Shown here: positions 25,602 to 36,782 of the stretch, one piece after another
How the letters are laid out: each line of letters starts with the position of its first letter
Numbering within the stretch: position 1 is the stretch's first letter
Assembly (NCBI GenBank): GCA_051294905.1
Contig: CM119371.1
Location: forward strand, 23,376,001 to 23,440,000
Reading direction: 5' to 3'
Length of the DNA stretch: 64,000 nucleotides
From: Botryllus schlosseri
Taxonomy: Eukaryota
The notes under the pieces: generated by a model
Seen by the model: the letters and a program-made list of their open reading frames with translations, nothing else
Told to the model about the DNA's origin: nothing
Databases searched by the model: none
Program-made: the position numbers and the translations under genes

Positions 25602-27110
25602 TTCATTACAATATGTAACTTACATTTGAATAAATCACGAAGTTTCGTATGCAATTTATCACACATCATGTAAATGATATGTCGATTTATTTGCTCTAGG
25701 TTGAAATCGATTATTACAATATAAATCACGTAGATTGTAAGCAGACTTACGTCGCAAATACTAAATTCCTTTATTCAATGAACGTAAAATACTTAGAATG
25801 AACTGAACACAATTTATGTGTATTCACGTTGTGAGTTCATGAATCCATGTAAAGATGTCTAGTAAAACTTACTAATCAGTGTGTATCAATCAATAAATAA
25901 TTGGTCAACAACGCACTGACTTTTAAAATCGGATCTCATGGATTTAGGTTAGCCACTACAATGCCTGTAGTTACTTATTCAGCTTCGTAGTACATTGCGA
26001 TTCGGAAGTGAATGTATACCAGGAATGCCTCCATTGTGACCGAGTTTGGTTTTGTGACGTAACAATGCTGTCTGGCTCTTTCTCCTGATATACTGCCTCG
26101 ATATGCGTGGCAGAATTGTTTCTTCACGATGCCAAACTCGATCACATTGCAAACTTCGAGGCTGATTTTTGGGGGTTCCAGGGCAATGAGCGTAATACAA
26201 TTTATATTTACGGACTCAGTACAGCAGCAGCTTTCCATTGATCGTCGTCGCGTCGAATTTGGCGCTCGCAAAACCGTTCAAAAATGACCGTATAACTGCT
26301 TTTGGCCAAAAGGAAAATATGACGTTTCCCAAATGCAGTGAGCCGTTCAATCTCGCTGTGTCCACACCATTTCGGACACTATGGCTAACGGACGGTCGGA
26401 CCATATAGCAGTGGTTCTTAACCGGTGTTCCACAGAACTCAGGGTTCGGGCGGAGGTTAAGAGATACGGTCAAGTCATATATTAGTGGTCGGGAAATTTT
26501 TTCGCCCTAAGAGCCATATTGGCCCTAGATTTTCCATCCTAACTCCCAAAGAGCCATACATGTCAATCAACTGTTACGTCACGATTGAAAATTCCTGACG
26601 TCATGGTTGCACTAATTCGACCTCAGTACATGGGATTCGTCGTACGCGCCATATTTTATCTGCAAAAACTCGTACTAATCATGCTGGTTGCATTATTTGC
26701 GCATGCAAAACTTGAGTTACAGATTTTTTGCAAGCTACATCTTAGGTAACTTATATTTAGGGATTTCGAAAAGGTAGCCCGAGCCCCCAACCCTGAATAT
26801 GACACTGTCTTGACCTCTCAAAGACATGTTTGTACTTCTACGAGAATAATTATTTTTGTTGCGATGAAAATTTGATGCAAGTTGTTGCCATATTGGTAAA
26901 TGAAGTACAAAAATCAAAATTTAGCAAAGAGCCATATCTTATACCCAAAACAACAACAACAACAACAACATGCCGATTTTATCATCTCTATTACGTCGCC
27001 TTTCAGTCGTTTTTGAAGTAGATTCTGTCTTTTTCTGCGTGGGAAGAACGTAAAAACGTCTGCAGGAACGCATAAACCAACATGTCCACAGATTTATCTG
27101 AACACGCACA

Positions 27111-29495
27111 AAGGGTTGTTCAGAATTGACCGACTTTCAAAAAGTCCAGGTTTTCAGTCTGATTCCCATGCCTTATAACTTAAAAACATATTCTGGCTAC
27201 TTTTTTTTTGTAACTCGTCCCCTGCATCCGTGTGCACATTGAGCTGGAATAATAGCAGCTGAAAATAGGGGATTCCCCTAAAATCTGAGTGTCACGATTT
27301 TACCTAGCCTAGTTAAAGTGACATATAACATGGATTTATGCAGCTGTTGCGGTTTGGAGTGCTACAAAATCCCACTATATAAGGCATTCCTAGTTCAGGA
27401 TATCATTTCCATGTCCCACATTGCCTTAGAACTGCTCAAAACTACCTAAAACTGATAGTCATTTTGTTGGATCACATATCCTACACCCCTCAAACCTACC
27501 CGGCACTGTTCATCAATTTCCTGGATCCCCATGTGCAAGAATACAACTGTAAATGTAACATCCACTCACAGCCACATAATAAACATCACAGGAAACGAAA
27601 AATAAGGCAAAGAAAGAGATCAACTTGGCAAAATATTACATAAATCAGGTGGATGAAATGGTTGATTTCGAGAAATCTGCATATCTGTTCCGGTGATCTT
27701 CCACAGCTTGTAGGAGGCTCGCTCGCTGTTTTTTGTCATCCGTTATGAACTTTGGAATTTAACAAAATCTGTTAGAGCTTTTGTGTTTGACACAACATCC
27801 TCAAACACTGGTAAAAACAAAGGTGCGGTTCCGTTACTTGAAGAATTGATTAACAGGAAAGTTTTCTACAATGCCTGTCACCATCATATTTATGAACTGG
27901 TCATTCGAGAGGTTTGGAAGTGTTTGTTTGGATCGACAACCACAGGCCCTGAAAACACGGATTTTATTACCTTCAAGAAGAAGTGGAAACATTTTGATAA
28001 ATCAAGAAGCTATAAAACGCTGAAGTTTATTGAAGGCAGCTGGTTGGCGATGAAAGCTGATGAAGCAAAGCAAGAAATAATTCCACTGATGAAACCCAAT
28101 GATGGAAAGCAGAAAGAAGTCTTGATAAGAGATGACTACAGAGAGTGTGCAACAGGCACCTTGGCGATTTTGGATGACAAATATGTTGATCATCGTTTTC
28201 GCAAGCCTGGTGCTACTCATAGCGCTAGATGGATGAGTCAAGTCATGTACTGTCAAAAAATGTTCATGTGCAGTGAGCAAATGGACTATTCTGAAGAGTT
28301 CATTGAAAAGTTGGAACGAATCAATACATTCATTGCTTTGTTTTAAGTTCCAGCTTGGTTGAAAACTGGTATTGCATGTGACGCACCGTCGAATGATCTC
28401 AAATTCCTTCATGACATGAAAAATTTTTCATTATGCGATCTCACTGTTGCTGATGTGGCATACAAGAAATTGCGAAAACATCATTGGTATCTAACTGAGG
28501 AAATGGTGGTATTTACCACGTTCTCGGCTAATCCAAATATTCCTGGCAAACTGACGGAAGCGATGGCTGCTAAATTGCTGAAAATGCCAATCCCTGAAAA
28601 ATTTCGTAGAGGTAGCCTATGCCTCTCAGTCTGATCTCTGACTCTGTCTCTGAGTCAATGAGTATGGTCGATTTGAATGGGCCAGAATCCTTGTTTCTAT
28701 TTGATGCTATACATGTGGAACATGATTGGTTGAGTCTTCCAGTTTCGGAATGGCACATTGATCCGGATTTCGTGACTGCTCAAGAATTTGTGAATACTGT
28801 TGAAGTAGTTAATGATGCAGCAGAGCGTATGGTAAAATTGAATACCGACTATGCTGCGTTCATAACGGATGACAAAAAACAGCGAGCGAGCCTCCTACAA
28901 GCTGTGGAAGATCACCGGAACAGATATGCAGATTTCTCGAAATCAACCATTTCATCCACCTGATTTATGTAATATTTTGCCAAGTTGATCTCTTTCTTGG
29001 CCTTATTTTTCGTTTCCTGTGATGTTTATTATGTGGCTGTGAGTGGATGTTACATTTACAGTTGTATTCTTGCACATGGGGATCCAGGAAATTGATGAAC
29101 AGTGCCGGGTAGGTTTGAGAGGTGTAGGATATGTGATCCAACAAAATGACTATCAGTTTTAGGTAGTTTTGAGCAGTTCTAAGGCAGTGTGGGACATGGA
29201 AATGATATCCTGAACTAGGAATGCCTTATATAGTGGGGTTTTGTAGCACTCCAAACCGCAACAGCTGCATAAATCCATGTTATTTGTCACATTAACTATG
29301 CTAGGTAAAATTGTGAAACTCACATTTTAGGGGAATCCCCTATTTTCAGCTGCTATTCTTCCAGCTCAATGTGCACACGGATGCAGGGGACGAGTTACAA
29401 AAAAAGTAGCCAGAATATGTTTTTAAGGTATAAGGCATGGGAATCGGACTGAAAACCTGGACTTTTTGAAAGTCGGTCAATTCTGAACAACCCCA
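27111..29495 (+). mobile_element. hAT-superfamily (hATm-like) element with ~637 bp inverted arms, inserted in a Penelope-like fragment
   Basis: 27113-27750 is the reverse complement of 28858-29493. Termini GGGTTGTTCA match the element at 50928-53101. Flanked by duplicated ACGCACA, and the flanks rejoin into sequence colinear with 58210-58500. Confidence 0.88.
27751..28963 (+). pseudogene. hATm-like transposase, C-terminal half only, with a stop and a frameshift
   Basis: FDTTSSNTG, ACHHHIYE, PGATHSARWMS, HHWYLTEE, VVNDAAERMVKL, LLQAVEDHR motifs spread over ORFs 27783-28346, 28359-28634 and 28619-28963. Confidence 0.85.
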
Positions 29496-29900
29496 ACGCA
29501 CATCAATCTCCGTGAAAAGCTCACCCTTAACTCATCCGCTTAAGATTGATGCTGATCGATCAAAAGGCCGTTAATTCTGCCATCGGCAAACATCTGTTAG
29601 ATAATCCGATTTGTGGGAATAACTATCGAGACGACCGATTTCGAATCGGTGGGCGGGGCCGTTCACAATTCCATTTGTGTGCCTTGGAGTCTACTTTTTA
29701 TCAAAATACACCAACCAAAACTCTGTCAACAAAAGGAGTTCGTGTGCCACCTAAAAATAGTACATTGAACGCCCTCTCTTTCAGGCTGGTGACGTCATAT
29801 TTTGTGATACGATTGTTGATATACAATGTTCTTTCCAATCCTCTACTAGTTGCTGACGATTACCCCTGACGAGTGTCAGCCGAAATATTCGGGTTCATTT
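29496..29900 (+). mobile_element. Penelope-like element 3' fragment (GIY-YIG C-terminus); 5' part at ~27030-27110
   Basis: VGRT*KRLQERINQHV lies left of the hAT insertion and SAIGKHLLDNPICGNNY...FRI..RGRSQFHLCALES right of it; homologous to 58022-58500. Confidence 0.8.
29862..29894 (+). ncRNA. Minimal type I hammerhead ribozyme motif (Penelope-associated)
   Basis: ACCC-CTGACGA-GTGTCAGCC-GAAA-TAT-TC-GGGT: CUGAnGA and GAAA cores, UH cleavage site, stem I ACCC/GGGT, palindromic AATATT in place of stem III. Confidence 0.65.
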
Positions 29901-31889
29901 CAGGAGCCGAAATATAGGATATATAAACGAAATAACTAAAAAATTTAATTATTCCGAGACGGTGCTTGGAAAACCGGTTTCGGGGAGTACTTTCTATGGA
30001 TGGAGCGAACCCCTGAAGGGTTCCGGTTCGTGTAAACGCGAATATTTTCGAAAGTTTTTGTGTGAATCCGAAGGTGCACACTAATCCATGTCCATGTGCT
30101 TACCTTTACTCCTCTTCCTGCAACGTCATGGACGACTTTGACAGCACTTGCGAGTGAATCATTTTGCCGAAAGAGTCTAATAAATGCCCGGCATAAGCGG
30201 CTAATTCAGCCAATCCTTAGATCATTCAGAACTTGAATTATATACCACGACCGGGCCTAATAAAATCAGACATAGTGTCATTGTTAAGTTTTATATTTGT
30301 ATTCAATGATGATGCATCCCTTCTGAAACGAGACATTCGTTCGACACTTGCATGGGCGCCTTTGCAATATTTATCCATGTGTTCTGTGCTTTCCTCGGTC
30401 AAAAAAGGCATGTAAGATTCGACGGTTTCCTTCACAATAAGCAAGTCATGCTTCAAAATTTTATTTAAAGCTGCTGTTGTTTGTGCATCATCATGTATTT
30501 CGTATCTTAACATGTCCTGAATTAATCTTAAGTATTTATCTGCGAACCAACGTATAACATGCTTACAGAATCACCGCCCTTAGCAGACTACTTCAACAAC
30601 TAATCAGCAAGCAACCAACCACCGTCGAGATTATTGAAGCGTCGTCGATTAGCCAATCGAGATCCGTGATCTCGTGATTACTAGTCGTCTTGTCGCTGTT
30701 CTACGGTTACTTTTAATTGAGTATACTCCTTGCTGTCAATACCATGGAATTATAATTCAATGTAAGCGACGTCTATCGACCAAAATGTTGCAAGAGAGAT
30801 GTAGTCAATTCCGAACTTATATATGTAGAGTTGAAATAAGTGTTAAGTCGTAAGGAATTTGCTAGCCGGTAATACCGTCGAAATCGAAGATATAGGAGCA
30901 ACATTATTTAGTTCTTAATAAAACATAACATTTTAATCCACAAACCGAGTAGTAAGGGTAAGGAATTTTGTTGCCCGCCAATCAGAGTGCGCCACGTCAT
31001 CATAATTGCCACGCCCATTTTCATACCCTAAGGGTACATTCATCTGCTACGTCATCTGTGCCACATCATCAAGCGCCACGCTATAGTGCCACATCATCCA
31101 TCCATTGCTATATCATCGCTGCATTGATTGCCGCATCTTGATACTTTTCTCAGATATTGTATTATGTGTATTTAGGACTAATATCATCCGTCCATATTTT
31201 TTTAAACTTGATTTTATGTGTATAAGTTACGGTTTCTGCAGTTTCCACATTTTACGACTCATGATTGCCGCGTCAAAACTTACCTTGGCTAGAATCGACA
31301 GATTTTCTGTAATGTGTAAATTAATTACTTAAATGCGACTTGATAATAATAATCCCTAGAATAATATAAAATGCGATTTTGAGTGCAGGCAGATAGCGGT
31401 TTCGATTTCCGAGGTCTCCACATTTTAAGCCTTATTATCAGCTCGCAGTACAACCGCTACCCGTATGATGTTTGCATGTCGAGTATAAGGGTATTTACCT
31501 CAGCACTAAAATGCCAACGGACTAGCCGCAGGGGTCCGGTTCTCGTCGCTATAATTAAACGAACACCTTCGCCGCAGGTACGCGATCCCCGACGTTATAA
31601 TGATAGGACCAAATTAGCCGCATGAAAGCGAGTCTAATGAATATAACGGCAGACACCAAGTTAGTTGAAAAGTAAAACTAATCGTGACCGATGCAAGACG
31701 GATTGAAACAGCGCTTTCGCTCGATTCTTGTAGTGACCACATTTCATACGATTCAGTCCTTTTCGTGTCACTAGAATTAGGGTGATTAAACCGACAGTAT
31801 GAAACGCCGCCCGCGTCTTATAACGTAATAATGTAAGCTGCGTCGGGTGCCCGAATAGTCTTGTAGAATTTTCTAAAGTCGTAACAGCT

Positions 31890-32012
31890 TAGTAGCATAT
31901 ACGCGAATCCCAAGGCAAAAATAATCAAACGAACTATAGCCGCCGCCGTGCGAAGCTTCAGTAGCATATACGCAAATCCCAAGGCGAAAATAATCGAACG
32001 AAGTATAGCCGC
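31890..32012 (+). repeat. ~70 bp tandem duplication in left arm (mirror ~44977-45099)
   Basis: AGTAGCATATACGC(G/A)AATCCCAAGGC(A/G)AAAATAATC(A/G)AACGAA(C/G)TATAGCCGC occurs twice. Confidence 0.9.
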
Positions 32013-32621
32013 AGGCGCGAGATTCGCCGGGCTCTAATCATACAAACACTATCTCTGCCTGTACGCGAACCCTAGCGTTATAACGACATGGTCTAATTAG
32101 CGCATTCTGAAGCCAGAAATTTATTCAACTTCATTGAGATAGCCACGATTTAAAGATGGTTATCGAGTGAGACAATAGCACTCGTCAAGGTTATACAAAC
32201 ATAACCTTAAACTAATCTTTACTTCATAACATATAAGGTATGAAAGCACGCTACATAGAAGTGAAAGTAGTCTAGAAACATAACTACTTACTGAAAAATC
32301 GTTACGTAGAAGTGTACTTATATTGGAGCAGAATTGTGATCGATACATTAATGATTTTAATACTCTGTATTTTTAATTACCCACACCTATGAGTCGAAAT
32401 GTTCTTAAGTAACTCATGTTTACAATATCACCTAAACGCAAAGTTCCAAAATTTCCATGCTGATCAAATACCACAAACTTTGCTTGCTTTCAGAGTAAGT
32501 AACAAAGCGCATAACAGATTTCACCTAAATAAGTCGGTACTCCGAAAATTTTGTTAATTTTGATTACTATGTTTTGATGATAACTTGCTTCCGAGAAATA
32601 AATAACATTCATTATACGTTA

Positions 32622-34410
32622 GATGATACTTTTCCTTGATATTCTATTTTGTGTATTTAGGGCTAATTCGACATCACTATGTGGCGACAGGCCTGATTTG
32701 AACACACTAATTTTGCGAATTAAACTTATCGCCCAACACGGACACTCAATGAAGAGCACCCTGGAGACATACATAAATGCTCCACAATTCTTGACATATA
32801 TTATAATGAGCATATAATAAGCTGACAAAACCTATACTTGAGTACTCCGAAATGTACAAGTACTTAACCTTTACACGACGTTTTTGTAAAATGAATACTA
32901 ATTTTAATGAAAAATAAAAATTATGTACTCAAGTAGGTTTTTGTCTACACGCACCAACTACTCAAGTGTTTATTACACAGGAATGATTCATTAAGTATAG
33001 CGCAAGCAGGCCAAACCTATACTTGAGTCCTCCAAAATGTACAAGTACTTCGCTATGTACTCCCTCCACGTAAAAAGTGACTAGGTTTTAGACTACTTTA
33101 TCGATCTTCGATGTTGCGCAAATACCACAAACTTTGCTTGCTTTCAGAGCTGGCAACTAAATGCAAGACATACTTTACGCAAAAGTCTCTATTCTGAAAA
33201 TTTTATCAAGTTAATACTTTAAAAAGTTTTACTTGAGCACTACGGAATGTACACGTACTTTACCTTTACAGGACGTGTTTTGTAAAATGAATACTAATTT
33301 TATTGAAAAAATAAAAAATAAAAAAGGGCGAAAAATTACATTTTATCCCGGAACGCAACAAGATAAATCGTATGAATTTGTAAACTACTTATTCACGACA
33401 TAATAATTCTACTTGTATACTTTTTCATATTTTGTAACAATTTTAGTATTACTTAAATAAAATACGGAAAATATACTAATCGAAAAATTCGGTAACCAAT
33501 TTCGCAATGATGATACTTTTTCTTGATATTCTATTATGTGTATTTAGGGCTAATGCGTCATCACTATGTTGGCGACAGGCCTGATTTGAACACACTAATT
33601 TTGCGAATTAAACTTATCGCCCAACACGGACACTCAATGAAGAGCACCCTGGAGACCCACATAAATGCTCCACAATTCTTGACATATAATATACTGAGCA
33701 TATAATAAGCTGACAAAACCTATAGTTGAGTACTCCGAAATGTACAAGTACTTTACCTTTGCACGACGTTTTTGTAAAATGAATACTAATTTTATCGAAA
33801 AAGAAAAATTATGTACTCAAGTAGGTTTTTGTCTACACACACCAACTACTCAAGTGTTTATGACACAGGAATGATTCATTAAGTATAGCGAGAGCAGACC
33901 AAACGTATACTTGAGTACTCCAAAATGTACAAGTACTTCGCTATGTACTCCCTCCACGTACAAATTGAGTAGGTTTTAGACTACTTTATCGATTTTCGAT
34001 GTTGCGCAAATACCACAAACTTTGCTTGCTTTCGGGGCTGGCAACTAAATGCAAGTCAGACTTTACGCAAAAGTCTCTATTCTGAAAATTTTATCAAGGT
34101 AATAGTTTAAAAACTTATACTTGAGCACTACGAAATGTGCAAGTACTTTACCTTTACACGACGTTTTTTGTAAAATGAATACTAATTTTATTGAAACAAT
34201 AAAACATAAAAAAGAGCGTAAAATTACATTTTATCCCGGAACGCAACAAGAAAAATCGTATGAATTCGTAAACTACTTATTCATGACATAATAATAATTC
34301 TACTTGTACACTTTTTCACATTTTATAACACTTTAAGTAGTACTTAACAGTTTCAGTTTTAAATAAAATACGGAATATAAATATAATCGAAAAATTAGGT
34401 AACCAATTTC
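32622..34410 (+). repeat. ~888 bp tandem duplication, left arm only
   Basis: GATGATACTTTT... at 32622 and 33509 start two diverged copies. The right arm has a single copy (mirror-ORF coordinate sums shift from 76969 to 77857). Confidence 0.92.
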
Positions 34411-34549
34411 GCGTAGACTATGCATACAAATGAGGAAAGTTACATCAACGCGTGTTAACTAGTTGTATCGAGTTATCGAATGATTTTTTCCTTACATCAA
34501 AACAACTAGAATGTGTAACTACATTAAAAACGTATCTAAATGAGCTCCG

Positions 34550-36105
34550 GGGCATTGTGATTATGCAACATATCAAATTTCATCACACATTTCATGATGG
34601 AACAACTTTAAAACTAACGCAGTTCTATAGCAACTTTTGCCTAAATCTGTTTTCGGTAGCGTCTACATATACATAGTCTGCTTTAATAACAGAATTACCA
34701 TGGTAATATGTGACTCCTCACGTTGAAACTTGGTACGTAGTTGTAGGACATTGTGAATATGCAGCATACCAAATTTCGTCGCGCATTTCATAATGAAGAA
34801 ACTTTAAAACTAACGCGGCTCTACATCGACTTTTTGCGTACATCTGTTTTGCGGGAGCGTATAGCACGTACCTATACATAGTCAACTTTAATAACGGAAT
34901 TACCATGCTTAACATTGAATCCCAACTCTAAACTTGATACGTAGATGTAGGACATTATGGCAATGCACCATGCTAAATTTAATCACACATCTAATGATGG
35001 AACACCTTTAAAACTAACGCAGTCGATTACCGACTTTTACGCATATCTGTTTTGCGTGAACATAGCATATACCTATACATAGTCAATTTTAATAACAGAT
35101 TTACTGTGTTAAACATTGAATTCCTACCTTTATAGCTGGTACGCGGTTATAGGACATACCAAATCCAAATCCACCATACCACATCCCATCACACATTTCA
35201 TGATGGAACAACTTTAAAACGAACGCGGCTCTACATCGACTTTTTGCGTACATCTGTTTTGCGGGAGCGTATAGCACGTACCCATACATAGCCAACTTTA
35301 ATAACGGAATTACCATGCTTAACATTGAATCCCAACTCTAAACTTGATACGTAGTTGTAGGACATTATGGTAATGCACCATGCTAAATTTCATCATACAT
35401 CTAATGATGGAACACCTTTGAAACTATCGCAGTCGAATACCGACTTTTACGCATATCTATTTTTCGTGAACATAGCATATACCCATACATAGTCAATTTT
35501 AATAACAGAATTAGCATGCTAAACATTAAATTCTCACCTTGAACGTTGGTACGCAGTTGTAGGACATAATAACAATGGACCATACCAAATTTCGTCAGAT
35601 ATTTCATGATGTAACACCTTTAAAACCAACGCAGTTCTATACAGACTTTTGGCTAAATCTGTTTTTCCGTAGCGTAGCACGTACCTATACATAGTGAACT
35701 TTAATAACGGAATTACCATGTTAATAATCGACTCCCCACCTTGAAACTCGCTACGCAGTTGTAAGACATTATGACAATGCACCATGTCAAATTTTGTTAC
35801 GCATTTCATGATTGAACAACTTTAAAACTAACGCAGTTCCATACCGACTTTCGCAGGAGCGTAGCACGTACCTATGCATACTCAACTTTAATAACGGAAT
35901 TACCGAGCTAAACATTGAATGCGCAACTTGAAGATTGGTTCACGGGTGTAAGACATTATGACAATGGAACACATCAAATTTCATCACACATTTCATGATG
36001 AAACACCTTTAAAACTAACGCAGTTCTATACCAACTTCGCGTGAATCTGTTGCGGGAGCGTAGCACGTACCTATGCGTGATCAACTTTAGTGATGGAATT
36101 ACAGA
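34550..36105 (+). repeat. Tandem array of 8 x ~200 bp units (left arm)
   Basis: Anchor CTTTAAAACTAACGC (or variant) at 34606, 34802, 35006, 35212, 35416, 35618, 35820 and 36007. Confidence 0.92.
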
Positions 36106-36656
36106 TGTAATTAAGTTTCAACACTTTTACAATGATTCGTCTTGCTTCCTATAACATTCCACTTGATGCCCTCGTTATTAGGCTGCAATCTCAGGCTGGG
36201 CTATGTCTTGAAGCCTACCGGACTCTGCAAATTGTTTCGATTTATTCTGTCCGTTTCAATTTAAGATAAGGAAGCCCATTTCACTCAATGTATCGATGCC
36301 TACGGTACTCTACAAAATTTTCTGATTAATTCTCCCTATGCTTATTTATCATAAGAAAGATGATTTGACAACTAAGGTACGAAATACTTCTTCGCCTGAG
36401 CTAGGCCGCAGCGCTTGGAGTGGAATTTTACGGGGTATGTAGACTCATTTCGTAGGGCTCTATGCCATAGGAGCATAGTTTACGCTCCAATTCGATTCCC
36501 ACACATTCCATATAATTACTAACAGAACCATTGAGTACCAGCCTTGACATTTTCCGTAGTACTAGATGGGATGTATACAATTTCATGACATCCGACAGTA
36601 CGACGGAGACTATAAAAATATCGAAAGAAGCCCTCTATTCTTTTCTGAAATAATCA

Positions 36657-36782
36657 AGGTTTTATCAGGACTTCCCTTCATATAAACTCCTGCAGAATCA
36701 CTAATAACCTCTCAAGTTTAGGTTTTATCAGGACTTCCCTTCATATAAACTCCAGCAGAATCATTTATAACCTCTTAAGTTT
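36657..36782 (+). repeat. ~63 bp tandem duplication (mirror ~40990-41115)
   Basis: AGGTTTTATCAGGACTTCCCTTCATATAAACTCC(T/A)GCAGAATCA occurs twice. Confidence 0.9.

Noticed and set aside
34550..36105. CRISPR array
   Set aside because: Units are homologous over their full ~200 bp with no unique spacers; no cas genes; eukaryotic context.
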